Shown here piece by piece: positions 34,607 through 44,200 of a stretch of 64,000 nucleotides of DNA. The first letter of the stretch is position 1. Each line of letters opens with the position of its first letter. Position numbers and translations under genes: made by a program. Source of the stretch: Woeseiaceae bacterium (GTDB lineage Bacteria > Pseudomonadota > Gammaproteobacteria > Steroidobacterales > Woeseiaceae); the NCBI GenBank assembly GCA_021773055.1, contig JAJFKV010000044.1, forward strand, positions 20,151-84,150. Reading direction: 5' to 3'. Below the pieces are notes generated by a model that saw only the letters and a list, made by a program, of their open reading frames with translations, was not told the DNA's origin and searched no databases.

Positions 34607-35506
34607 TCACTGCGTCTCGGTAAAAGTGGCGACTTGCAGAGATTGACGGCTCGAGACCGATGCTCGCTTCATGCCGTCGGAGTTATACAGCGTCGCGATT
34701 TCCGAATCCCGGGTAACCGCGATAACGCCTGCATCGCCGCCGAGGCGTTTTACTTCGTCGAGCATATCGTTGATGGCGGCATCGAGCGTCGTCCCGGACT
34801 TGTAAGCGCACGCGATGGTGATGGCGCCACCGGCGCGAATGATGTGTTCTCCGGTACCTGTACATGAGATCGCGATATCGTCGTCAGCCCAGGTCCCGGG
34901 CCCGATGAGCGGTGTGTCACCGACACGGCCCTCGAGTTTGCCGAAAGTACCACCCGTTGAAGTTGCTGCGGCGAGCGCACCGGACTGATCGCGTGCAACC
35001 GCACCGACTGTTCCGTGAGCGTTGCTGTCCATGAGTTCCTCTTTCGTAACGCCAACGGGCAACACGTAGTAATTTTCCGGTTCGTCGACTTCGGCAAAAC
35101 CGTTACCGCGCGCGAAGGCTCGCGCGCCAGCACCAGCGAGCAGGACATGGTGTGTTTTTTCCATGACCCCACGAGCGACTTGTATCGGGCTTTCAAAACC
35201 GGGCAAGGCCGCGACGGCACCAGCTTCACGAGACGGTCCGTGCATTATCGATGCGTCCAGCTCAACATAGCCTGCCGTATTGGGGGCTGATCCGCGGCCG
35301 GCAACATACATTCCAGATCTTTCCAGCTCTAGCACCGCGAATTCGACGGTGTCGAGAGCATGAGCACCCTTTGCGAGCAATGTTGCGCATTCCGCCGCCA
35401 GTTGCTGGAGGTGCTCTTCGACGGCGCTGTAATTGCGGCCTGCAACCGCACCGGCGCCACCGTGCAATGCAAACGCATAGTGAGTGTTCGTAGCTGTCAT
35501 CGTCAA
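34607..35506 (-). CDS. iaaA: Isoaspartyl peptidase / L-asparaginase (Ntn-hydrolase, plant-type asparaginase family)
   Basis: 299 aa with ALHGGAGAV and the autoprocessing site HGTVGAVARD (Thr nucleophile). Confidence 0.85.
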   Translation of the reverse strand: MTMTATNTHYAFALHGGAGAVAGRNYSAVEEHLQQLAAECATLLAKGAHALDTVEFAVLELERSGMYVAGRGSAPNTAGYVELDASIMHGPSREAGAVAALPGFESPIQVARGVMEKTHHVLLAGAGARAFARGNGFAEVDEPENYYVLPVGVTKEELMDSNAHGTVGAVARDQSGALAAATSTGGTFGKLEGRVGDTPLIGPGTWADDDIAISCTGTGEHIIRAGGAITIACAYKSGTTLDAAINDMLDEVKRLGGDAGVIAVTRDSEIATLYNSDGMKRASVSSRQSLQVATFTETQ

Positions 35507-35935
35507 ATTCCGGGTCAGGATTGGTCGTCTCGATCAATTGCGACAATCTACACCAATCAGAGACAAATTCTTGTCTGCGAGAATAACTAGCCCCGGGCGC
35601 AAATTTTTCCAGTCGCGCAATTGGCGCCCTTGTACCGGGTTGATTCCCAAAAGTTATAAGGCTGTTTGTTTTCTGCCTGTTTCGCTGCGTTTTGCCGACT
35701 TCAGTGGCTGGATAAGCAAGACTGATTGAAAAACGCTCATTTCGAGCGCGTGAAACTAAGTGATTTCACATGTTTTTAACATAATGCATGTATCATTTTC
35801 GCATCCGTTGTATTTATGACACAAGTCATCGGGCGATAAGGAAAACCAGGTATTAACGCTGTAGCCCTTATTCTGCGAGCATTTACGGTCCACCCATTTT
35901 ACTGTTCTGGGCATTGGTGGTATAAACCCCGGCAT

Positions 35936-35959
35936 GCGTTGTGCGATAAATGCAACGTT
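35936..35959 (+). promoter_or_regulatory. Second copy of the conserved inverted-repeat motif, upstream of TonB-dependent receptor 2
   Basis: gcgttgtgcgataaatgcaacgtt has arms CGTTGT-N9-GCAACG (one G-T/U wobble) and ends 29 nt before the ATG at 35989. Confidence 0.5.
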
Positions 35960-35988
35960 TCTTTAAAAACAGCATAAGGGGAACATCA

Positions 35989-38900
35989 ATGTTTTCGAAC
36001 CATAAACTGCAGACGGCAATTCGTCTTAGCCTAGGTATAGGCGCGGGCGCTTTTGCAGTCGGCTTTGCACCGGGTGCTTTGGCACAGGATGCAGGCGCAG
36101 ACGAGCCATTAGAAGAGATTATCACTACGGGTTCACGCATTAAGCGTGCTGACCTTGATAGTGCGAGCCCGGTAACAGTAATCGATCGAGAAGTACTTCT
36201 CGCTCAGGGTATTACTGATGTCGGTAGCCTTTTGCAGCGCATGCCTTCAATGTCTGGTTCGCCTATCGGCACCACGACAAATAACGGCGGTAACGGCTCT
36301 GTACAGATCGATCTGCGTGGCATGGGTGTTGACCGCACGTTAACGCTCGTAAACGGCAAACGTACCGTTGACGGTGGTGACTACCAGACGATTCCAGCCA
36401 ACATGATCGAACGTGTTGAAATCCTGAAAGATGGCGCATCTGCTGTCTACGGTGCTGATGCAGTTGCTGGTGTTGTAAACATCATCACACGTCGCGACTT
36501 TGAAGGCCTGGAATTCACGCTTCAAAACGCTGACTACTTCGACATGGACGACGGCGCGCAAAACGCTATTGGTGTGATCGCGGGTAAGACGTTTGAAGGC
36601 GGCAACGTTATGTTCGGCGCTGAGTTTGTAGATCAGAAACAAGCTTTCCAAAGCGATGCTCCATGGGACTTCTTCCAGAATGGTTTTTACATCTATCCTG
36701 AAGGTTGTGAGGCACAGACTGCTGCTGCGTATGATGGCACTGCGTCAGGTGGCTGCTATCCACTGGGTTCTTCACGTATTCCAGAAAGTCGTTTGCAGTT
36801 CTTCAGCGTCCGCGATATCAATGACAACGGCACACCGGCTGACACGACGGATGATTTCTCAAATCCTGGTGATCATCCCGGAAACGGCCGCTTCCTGATT
36901 GGCACGCCAGCAGGTCAGGCGTACGAAGTTGGTACGATGATCCCGCATGACAACCGTACTTATAACTACTCGCCTGTTAACTACATCCAGACGCCGTATG
37001 AGCGTACCAATTTGTTCATGGAAGCCAATTTCGAAATCACGGAAACGGTTCAGTTCAATGTTGGCCTGCGCGGTAACTTCCGCCAGTCGAAGCAGGAACT
37101 GGCGCCAATGCCATTCACTGGCGGCGACCCGATGCATGATGGTTTCTTCGTCAATCCGACCACAGGCGTAAATACGCCTTACACTGGATTGTCAGAGAAC
37201 AACTACTATCTGCGTCGAGCAATCGATTCGTACAATGTGGCTAACGGCACCACACTTGGTTATGAGCCACTTGTTGGGCCGCGTCGTCGTATGATTGAGA
37301 CGAAACGCGATTTCACGCAGGACATCACCCAGATCCAGGCGGTAGTTGGTTTTGAAGGAACCTTCAACGATCTGGATTGGGAAGTTAGCTACAACCGTGG
37401 CTATCGTTCTCGCGAAGACGTTGACGGCGGCCAGTTCTCTGGCGCGCGCCTGCACAATGCCATGGGCCCATCTGCGGACCTCGACGGCAACGGACAGCCT
37501 GAGTGCTACGCTAGTCCGGGAACCGACGCTGGCGGTGTAGATGCGTCAACCCTGATCACGGGCTGTGTACCGCTGAACTTCTTCGGTGGTGGTGTAGTTG
37601 ATCCGGTTACGAGTCAGCCAGTCACGGGCACTCTTACGCAGGACATGATCGACTACGTTGCTGTTGACCTGATCGACACTTTCCTGACGACCATGGATAC
37701 GGCAAGCGCCAGTATCGCCGGGTCGGCGATGGAATTGCCGGGCGGTGATATGCAGTGGGCAGCAGGCCTCGGTTACTGGGGACAGTCGTACACCTACAAC
37801 CCTGATTCGGGTAAGCAGACCGGAGCGGTTACAGGTAACGTCGGCGCTGGAACGGACGGTTCGCTGTACAACACCAGTGTCTTTGGTGAATTGTTGCTGC
37901 CGGTCATGGACAACGGTACTCAGGCTTTGGACCTCAAAGCTGGCGTTCGTTACGATGACTGGAATGCGTTTGACGGTGATACGACCTGGCAGGTTGGTGT
38001 AGAATTTCAGGCGTTAGATTCTCTGAAATTCCGTGCCACTTCCGGAACTATCTTCCGCGCGCCGACAGTTAGTGACCTCTTCGGCGGTCAGGTTGATAGC
38101 TTCCCGACCTTTGTGGATCCTTGCGCTGCAGGGCAGATCGCTAACTCACCAGGATGTGCACAGATTGCTCCGCAATTTGATACTCAGGTGAACTCAAAAG
38201 TTGGTGGCAACTCGAACCTGATTCCTGAGACCGGTGATACCTTCACTGCTGGTCTGGTCTGGAGTCCTGAGTTTGGTGATTCGACAACAACGGTTACGTT
38301 GGACTACTGGCAGGTTGATATCGAAGACGGTATTAGCTCGCTGGGCGTCGACTTCACGTTGAACGATTGCTACGTAAACCAGGTTGCTTCATCCTGTGCT
38401 TTGATTACACGTAACGCTGACTACACCATCAATAATATTATTGATGGCAGCATCAACGTTGCGGATCAAGGCGCGCAGGGTATCGATACGGAAGTCCGCT
38501 GGGCTGCTGATACTGACATGGGTCAGTTCGAAGCGGCATTGCTGTGGTCTCACCTGCTGGAACGCACGAAGACAGCACAGCCAGGCGCAGGCGAGATTGA
38601 CCTATCCGGTCGTCATACGGACCCGACAGCTGAAGACGGTGGCGCTTATGCAACCGACAAATTCAACTACTCTATTCAGTGGTCGAATAACAGCGGTCTA
38701 TCCGTCGGTTACCTGGGTGAGTTCATCAGTGAGCTGGATTCCGATACTTTCTGCAACTGTGGTGCCGGTAACCAACCTGATGGCTCGTACCTTCAGGCCA
38801 TCGATTCTGTCCTGTACCACGATATCGTCGTGAACTACTCGTTCGAAAATACGGGTACGAACATCGCGGCTGGCATTACCAATGTCACGGACGAAGAACC

Positions 38901-39000
38901 GCCGTTCATCGAAACTGGCTTCAACGCCGGTACCGATCCGTCGACCTATCGTCTGTTCGGCGTGGGCTACTACGTGCGATTCACGCAAACGTTCGAATAA
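35989..39000 (+). CDS. TonB-dependent receptor (paralog of 31426-34545)
   Basis: RBS-like aagggga upstream and a signal peptide ending APGALAQD. Plug motifs EEIITTGSRIKR, DLRGMGVDRTLTLVNGKR and ILKDGASAVYGADAVAGVVNIITR. ATG 35989 is preferred to the ORF-track start at 35950. Confidence 0.92.
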   Translation: MFSNHKLQTAIRLSLGIGAGAFAVGFAPGALAQDAGADEPLEEIITTGSRIKRADLDSASPVTVIDREVLLAQGITDVGSLLQRMPSMSGSPIGTTTNNGGNGSVQIDLRGMGVDRTLTLVNGKRTVDGGDYQTIPANMIERVEILKDGASAVYGADAVAGVVNIITRRDFEGLEFTLQNADYFDMDDGAQNAIGVIAGKTFEGGNVMFGAEFVDQKQAFQSDAPWDFFQNGFYIYPEGCEAQTAAAYDGTASGGCYPLGSSRIPESRLQFFSVRDINDNGTPADTTDDFSNPGDHPGNGRFLIGTPAGQAYEVGTMIPHDNRTYNYSPVNYIQTPYERTNLFMEANFEITETVQFNVGLRGNFRQSKQELAPMPFTGGDPMHDGFFVNPTTGVNTPYTGLSENNYYLRRAIDSYNVANGTTLGYEPLVGPRRRMIETKRDFTQDITQIQAVVGFEGTFNDLDWEVSYNRGYRSREDVDGGQFSGARLHNAMGPSADLDGNGQPECYASPGTDAGGVDASTLITGCVPLNFFGGGVVDPVTSQPVTGTLTQDMIDYVAVDLIDTFLTTMDTASASIAGSAMELPGGDMQWAAGLGYWGQSYTYNPDSGKQTGAVTGNVGAGTDGSLYNTSVFGELLLPVMDNGTQALDLKAGVRYDDWNAFDGDTTWQVGVEFQALDSLKFRATSGTIFRAPTVSDLFGGQVDSFPTFVDPCAAGQIANSPGCAQIAPQFDTQVNSKVGGNSNLIPETGDTFTAGLVWSPEFGDSTTTVTLDYWQVDIEDGISSLGVDFTLNDCYVNQVASSCALITRNADYTINNIIDGSINVADQGAQGIDTEVRWAADTDMGQFEAALLWSHLLERTKTAQPGAGEIDLSGRHTDPTAEDGGAYATDKFNYSIQWSNNSGLSVGYLGEFISELDSDTFCNCGAGNQPDGSYLQAIDSVLYHDIVVNYSFENTGTNIAAGITNVTDEEPPFIETGFNAGTDPSTYRLFGVGYYVRFTQTFE

Positions 39001-39028
39001 GTCAGACCTGGTCTGATAGCAGTAAATC

Positions 39029-39058
39029 GAAGGGCCGCGAAAGCGGCCCTTCTTTTTT
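39029..39058 (+). terminator. Rho-independent terminator after TonB-dependent receptor 2
   Basis: GAAGGGCCGC-GAAA-GCGGCCCTTC perfect 10-bp stem with a GNRA-like loop followed by TTTTTT. Confidence 0.85.
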
Positions 39059-39067
39059 GTCCGGATT

Positions 39068-39463
39068 TCAATCCGACCAGAAGCGGTCGTCTTCGCTCAG
39101 GTCATACAACAGCTCCGCTTTCTGAACTAAGCTCGCGGATTCGTCTGCCCCGGCCTGATCGGCGTCCAACTGCCACTTCATGGCGAAGTGTCGCAGGGCT
39201 TCACGCGGTGTTGCGGCAGCCGCAGACTGGATGTGGTCGAACGGCAGGTCGCCACAAATAAACCACCGATACGAAATTGGATCGCTTTGAGCTCTGGCCT
39301 TACCAAGCAGGATTTGCATCGGTAGTACCCAGGCGGGTTTGGATTCGATAAAGGCGTCTTCGAAGACCTGCAAATGATCTAACGTCTGCACTGCAAGGTC
39401 CAGCTGTTCACGAATCCACGGCTTAAGGTCAACATTGATCGTGTTGTTGTCATTACTTGACAT
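39068..39463 (-). CDS. Small cytoplasmic protein, possibly DUF4826 family
   Basis: 131 aa. The segment WFICGDLPFDHIQ...REALRHFAMKWQL resembles what I remember of DUF4826; this is unverified. Confidence 0.45.
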   Translation of the reverse strand: MSSNDNNTINVDLKPWIREQLDLAVQTLDHLQVFEDAFIESKPAWVLPMQILLGKARAQSDPISYRWFICGDLPFDHIQSAAAATPREALRHFAMKWQLDADQAGADESASLVQKAELLYDLSEDDRFWSD

Positions 39464-39465
39464 GC

Positions 39466-40440
39466 TTAGCCTCGTTGCTTGTTTGCGATGAGTACCCAGG
39501 CTAACGGCAGGTCCTGGTCATTTGGCGTTAGCGGACCAGCCCGCTGCACAGCGAAGCCATTTTTCTCCAGCCTGCGACAGACCTTCTCAAATGTATGTTG
39601 ATCTATAGCCGCATTGGTCATTGACGACATGCGTTCGGCATAGGCATCGAGCTCACCATTCATGGTGTCGAGCCAGCTCAGTACATCGGCTGGCTCGTAT
39701 CGCGGCATTGCGCTGTGGATACGACCGACATCATTGTACAGCCTCGCAATTGTATCGCCGGCAACGTGTTCCCCGTATTCCGTCATTATCGCTTCGGCTT
39801 CCTGTACAGCAGATGCAAGCTTCCGCCCTGCAGCGTCGTACGGGGCACGGTCGGCACCGCGAACAGCCGCGAAACCAGACTTGAATAACTCAATCGCGTG
39901 AGAAACGAAGCGAGCGTCTCGCAACCGGCGAATAGCGTTGAGGCTGTCATCACACTCTTTGAAGATGACGCCTCCTTCCACGTGCAACAACATCGCCAGT
40001 TGTCCGTCCGGAGCCAGCAGCCGGGCCGCCTCGTAAATCGCGTCGATACCGGCGTACTCGACGCCGAACTGACTGGTGGCGAGGTCGAATCCACTGTCTT
40101 TCAAGGGAACGGCGAGCGCGTCGGCGACGACGCCGCTGACGCCAGGGAATCGTAGCTCAACGTTCTCGATCGCCGCCGCGGAGATATCGACACAGGTGAT
40201 GGCGGTGCTCTCGATGCCCGGCACAGCAATCGCGGCTTCTACTACGGCGCCATTACCCGTGGCGAGATCGATCATCCCGGGCGCACCGGAACTTGTCGGG
40301 ATAGATGCAAAAAAATCTGTCCAGAACCCGGTTATTGTCGGATGGTTCACCCCGCCGCTGGAAAACGCCGCGACATCACCTGTGCCGCGCCAGTAGGCAT
40401 CCCAACTTTCGCCGCTCGATGGCAGATCGATTTTCGTCAT
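39466..40440 (-). CDS. Class I SAM-dependent methyltransferase
   Basis: Motif I is MIDLATGNGAVV within a Rossmann-like core. The start MTKIDLPSS at 40440 is chosen; the ORF-track extension to 40683 overlaps the divergent sulfotransferase gene start. Confidence 0.75.
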   Translation of the reverse strand: MTKIDLPSSGESWDAYWRGTGDVAAFSSGGVNHPTITGFWTDFFASIPTSSGAPGMIDLATGNGAVVEAAIAVPGIESTAITCVDISAAAIENVELRFPGVSGVVADALAVPLKDSGFDLATSQFGVEYAGIDAIYEAARLLAPDGQLAMLLHVEGGVIFKECDDSLNAIRRLRDARFVSHAIELFKSGFAAVRGADRAPYDAAGRKLASAVQEAEAIMTEYGEHVAGDTIARLYNDVGRIHSAMPRYEPADVLSWLDTMNGELDAYAERMSSMTNAAIDQHTFEKVCRRLEKNGFAVQRAGPLTPNDQDLPLAWVLIANKQRG

Positions 40441-40521
40441 GCAAATTCCGTAGAATGAGTGATGTTGCGCGGCAGTATAACGCCAATTGATTCGTGGGCC
40501 GAACAGTGTCAGATTAGCTGG

Positions 40522-42096
40522 ATGAATACAGAAATAACGAACCTGAGTACGGCGGGTAGAAAAGCTGCTGCAATGCAGGATTGGGCGACCGTACATCTTT
40601 GCGCCAACGGAATACTCAGCCGTGCGGCGGAAGAACCCGAAGGACTCTTTCTCCTCGGCCTCGTAGAAAAGGCCTCTGAGCATCCGAAGAAAGCGGTCGA
40701 GGCGTTCGAGTCTGTGCTGCGTCTGGATCCGGATCGCTACGATGCTGCTGTTGAGCTGGCCAGCCAGTATTCAATGGCACGCCGTAATGGCGAGGTCGAC
40801 GCTTTGCTAATGCGTTACGAAGAAGCGCTGGCCAACAGCCCGAAATATCTGGACATGGCCGGGACTGTCTATACCGAGATTGGCAGACCTGAGAAGGCCT
40901 GGCCGCTGTACAAGAAAGCCTGTGAGCTACAGCCGGAAATCAGTCTGTTTCAGGCCAACCTGGCGTCGTGTGCGGTTTATGTCGGCGAGATCGAAGTTGC
41001 CAGGAAAACCTATTCCAGCTTGCTTGAGCAAAATCCAGCGCATCAAAGAAACCATTATCAATTGGCGCGTCTTGAGCGGGCGAAAGATTCGCAGCATATC
41101 GAACAAATGGAAGCAGTTCTGCGCGAAGCGAAGCTGCCTGCGGACCGCAACATATTCTTGCATTATGGTTTAGGGAAAGAGTACGAAGACCTGCAACAGT
41201 GGGACAAGGCCTTCGAGCATTTCCGCCAGGCTGGCGACGCGGCGTACAGCATCGCGAATTATGATGTTGCCGACGACGTAGCGATCATCGATTCCATAAT
41301 CGAGACGTGTAGTAGCGACTGGTTGCAGTCAAGCCCTGTATCTCCTGCAGACGACAAGAAACCCCTCTTCATCGTCGGTTTGCCAAGAACAGGTACGACT
41401 CTGACAGAGCGAATTATTGCCAGCCACTCCAAAGTACACAGCGTTGGTGAGACAGAGTTTATCCAGATGGTGATGCGCCGCGAAAGTCAGGTGCCGGCCG
41501 TTGACAAGATGACACCGGCGATGATCCGCTCAATCGCCGGGAAAGATATTTCCCTGATAAGAAACGGTTACCTCGACACCATTCGTTATCGGCTACAGCA
41601 AGAACCTATATTCATCGACAAACTGCCATTCAATATTCTTTATCTTGGCTTCATCGCCAAGGCGTGGCCGGATGACCCGATCGTCTTGATGAAACGCAAT
41701 CCGATGGATGCCTGTTTTTCAATGTATAAGCAGGTATTTACCTGGGCTTACAAGTATTCCTACGACCTGGGAACACTGGCGAAATACTACATTGCGTACG
41801 ATCGCTTATGTCAGCACTGGCGTGAGGTCCTGGGTGAGCGCCTGGTTGAGGTTCAATACGAAGAACTGGTGTCCGACCAGGAGGCGCAAACGCGTAAACT
41901 TCTCGACGGGCTGGGACTTGAGTTTGAGGATGCCTGTCTTACGTTTGAGAAGAACGCGGCGCCGAGTGCGACCGCGAGTTCTGTTCAGGTCAGAGAAAAA
42001 GTTCATACAGGATCTGTTCACCGTTGGAAAAAATACGAAGAACAACTGGAGCCGTTGCGAGCGCAGCTTGAAGCTGCCGGTATAGCAACTGACTGA
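40522..42096 (+). CDS. TPR-repeat-containing sulfotransferase
   Basis: N-terminal ~270 aa of TPR-like repeats. The C-terminal sulfotransferase has the 5'-PSB loop FIVGLPRTGTTLTERIIASHS and the conserved block RNPMDACFSMYKQ. There is no signal peptide. Confidence 0.85.
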   Translation: MNTEITNLSTAGRKAAAMQDWATVHLCANGILSRAAEEPEGLFLLGLVEKASEHPKKAVEAFESVLRLDPDRYDAAVELASQYSMARRNGEVDALLMRYEEALANSPKYLDMAGTVYTEIGRPEKAWPLYKKACELQPEISLFQANLASCAVYVGEIEVARKTYSSLLEQNPAHQRNHYQLARLERAKDSQHIEQMEAVLREAKLPADRNIFLHYGLGKEYEDLQQWDKAFEHFRQAGDAAYSIANYDVADDVAIIDSIIETCSSDWLQSSPVSPADDKKPLFIVGLPRTGTTLTERIIASHSKVHSVGETEFIQMVMRRESQVPAVDKMTPAMIRSIAGKDISLIRNGYLDTIRYRLQQEPIFIDKLPFNILYLGFIAKAWPDDPIVLMKRNPMDACFSMYKQVFTWAYKYSYDLGTLAKYYIAYDRLCQHWREVLGERLVEVQYEELVSDQEAQTRKLLDGLGLEFEDACLTFEKNAAPSATASSVQVREKVHTGSVHRWKKYEEQLEPLRAQLEAAGIATD

Positions 42097-42103
42097 TACG
42101 CAC

Positions 42104-43666
42104 TTGGCCGCGGATACCCGACAACTCAGCAATTCCGCACGGCAGGCGGCGGCGGCCCAGGACTGGGCGCGTGTTGGTGCTTGTGCGATGGAAATTGGTC
42201 GTCAAGCACCCGCTGATGCGGAAGGTCCCTTTTTAATGGGCCTGGTACACAAGGCAGCGCGCAGAGCAGATGCCGCGATAGAGTCTTTTGAGCACGCACT
42301 AACTTTGGATGATCGGCGCTACGATGCAGCAATCGAGTTGGCCAGCCAGTGCATGTTGTTGAATCGTTATGACGAAGCACGCAGCCTGTTGCTGCAATAC
42401 CGGGGTCGCCTGGTCGACAACTCCCTGTATCTGGACATGGCCGGCCAGACATACTTCGACATGGGGCACTACGAAGAGGCATGGTCCCTGCTTGAGCAAG
42501 CCTGTCATCTGCAACCTGAAGTCGAGACCTACCAGGCACATTTGGCGTCCTGTGCCGTTTATCTCGGCAACGTAGATGCGGCAAAATCGATTTACGTGAA
42601 GCTCCTGAAAAGACATCCGCGGCACCAAAAGACCCATTATGAGCTGGCGCAACTTGGTCGCGCTCGCAATGACGGTCATATCAAGCAGATGCTGAAGGTT
42701 TTGAGAAAAGGTGACCTCAAGCCGGAGAGCAATGTTTATCTCTACTACGCGCTGGGTAAAGAGTACGAGGATCTCGGTAAGTGGAGCGAGTCATTCCGTT
42801 ACTACGAGATGGCGGGTAGTGCTGTCAAAACCGTCGCCAATTACGACGTCGTTAGCGACGTTGGTCTGATGGACAGGATCGTCGCGACATGTTCTGCATC
42901 ATGGTTGCAGGATTCGCCAGCGAAGATCATCACCGCCAGGACACCGATTTTTATCGTAGGCCTGCCGCGTACGGGAACCACGTTGACTGACCGCATAATA
43001 TCGAGCCACTCGCAGGTGCAGAGTGTGGGCGAGTCGCAATTGCTCCAGATGGTATTGCGTGACGGTTCACACGCCGGAAATCAGATTGGCATAACCCCCT
43101 CGCAGATTGAGGCAGCGTCGAGGCGAGATCCAAAATCTATCGCTGAAGCCTATAGCAACGCAGTCGCGCACCGACTTGGCGACGAGCCGTACTTCATCGA
43201 GAAATTTCCGGAGAATGTGCTGTACCTGGGCTTGATCGCCAAAGCGTGGCCGGATGCGAGGATAGTTCATTTGCGCAGACACCCGATGGACGCCTGTTTC
43301 GCCGTATTCAAGCAGTCGTTCTTTCGTTTCGCATACTCTCTCGATGATCTCGCCGAGTACTATCTGGCTTACGACCGCTTGAGCAGGCATTGGCGCGAAA
43401 CGCTTGGCCCACGCATGTTGGAGCTCAATTACGAAGATCTGGTCGCCAATCAGGAAACGCAAACACGGCAGCTTCTTCAAAATCTGGGACTGGAATTTGA
43501 GGAAGACTGCTTGCATTTCGAACAGAATGCCGCACCCGTCGCGACCGCCAGCTCAGTTCAGGTTCGGGAAAAAGTGCACACGCGTTCTGTTGGAAAGTGG
43601 AAAAAATTTGAAAAACAATTGCGACCTCTGAGGGAACGCCTTGAGCAAGGTGGGGTCACAATTTAA
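42104..43666 (+). CDS. TPR-repeat-containing sulfotransferase (tandem paralog)
   Basis: It is colinear with the upstream gene along its whole length (FIVGLPRTGTTLTDRIISSHS; RHPMDACFAVFKQ). The N-terminal alignment to the paralog supports the TTG start at 42104. Confidence 0.85.
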   Translation: MAADTRQLSNSARQAAAAQDWARVGACAMEIGRQAPADAEGPFLMGLVHKAARRADAAIESFEHALTLDDRRYDAAIELASQCMLLNRYDEARSLLLQYRGRLVDNSLYLDMAGQTYFDMGHYEEAWSLLEQACHLQPEVETYQAHLASCAVYLGNVDAAKSIYVKLLKRHPRHQKTHYELAQLGRARNDGHIKQMLKVLRKGDLKPESNVYLYYALGKEYEDLGKWSESFRYYEMAGSAVKTVANYDVVSDVGLMDRIVATCSASWLQDSPAKIITARTPIFIVGLPRTGTTLTDRIISSHSQVQSVGESQLLQMVLRDGSHAGNQIGITPSQIEAASRRDPKSIAEAYSNAVAHRLGDEPYFIEKFPENVLYLGLIAKAWPDARIVHLRRHPMDACFAVFKQSFFRFAYSLDDLAEYYLAYDRLSRHWRETLGPRMLELNYEDLVANQETQTRQLLQNLGLEFEEDCLHFEQNAAPVATASSVQVREKVHTRSVGKWKKFEKQLRPLRERLEQGGVTI

Positions 43667-43679
43667 GGGGGATAGAAAT

Positions 43680-44177
43680 ATGAATCAGTCAATCGAATCA
43701 GCAGCGCGACTACTCCGCGCCGTTCTGCTCGTTATGCTTGTGATCGGCGTGCCATCTTTATCATTTGCTGAGGACGATATTCACGACGAGATACGACGAT
43801 GTGCCGCTATCACTGAGGCATCCGAACGCCTTTCTTGCTACGACAAAATCAGCGTGCGCCAAAGCAAGGCGTCTGAACCCGCCAGCGAGCAGGCAGTCGC
43901 AATCAGTACGCCTCCGGTAGTCCCACCCGAAGACCTTGGCGCTAACAAGAAGGTCGAAGTGCCGTCAGTGAACGCGAGAGTCAATCGGTGCAGCAAGGAC
44001 TCGCGCAAGAAATACATTTTCTATCTCGACGGTGGCCAGGTATGGAAGCAAATAAGTGATAAGAAATTGAATTTTAAAGACTGCAACTTCAATGTTTCAA
44101 TTCGGAAAGATTTCTTCGGCTACAAAATGCAGGCAGAGGGTAGCAAGTCGAAATTCAGGGTTTCACGCGTTCGATAG
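43680..44177 (+). CDS. Small secreted Cys-containing protein of unknown function (paralog of 30697-31197)
   Basis: RBS aaggggg precedes ATG 43680 and the signal peptide is LLRAVLLVMLVIGVPSLSFAEDD. The C-terminal block RCSKDSRKKYIFYLDGGQVWKQISDKKLNFKDCNFNVSIRKDFFGYKM matches the other copy. Confidence 0.7.
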   Translation: MNQSIESAARLLRAVLLVMLVIGVPSLSFAEDDIHDEIRRCAAITEASERLSCYDKISVRQSKASEPASEQAVAISTPPVVPPEDLGANKKVEVPSVNARVNRCSKDSRKKYIFYLDGGQVWKQISDKKLNFKDCNFNVSIRKDFFGYKMQAEGSKSKFRVSRVR

Positions 44178-44200
44178 GCGTCGTCAAACGTGCGATCGCC

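Noticed and set aside
35750-35769. Inverted repeat GTGAAA-N8-TTTCAC upstream of TonB receptor 2 as a CRP site, tempting given the cAMP theme
   Set aside because: The spacing does not fit the TGTGA-N6-TCACA consensus: the GTGA and TCAC cores are 12 nt apart, not 6. Part of it (GCGCGTGAAA) is explained as a relic of the small-protein gene 3' end.
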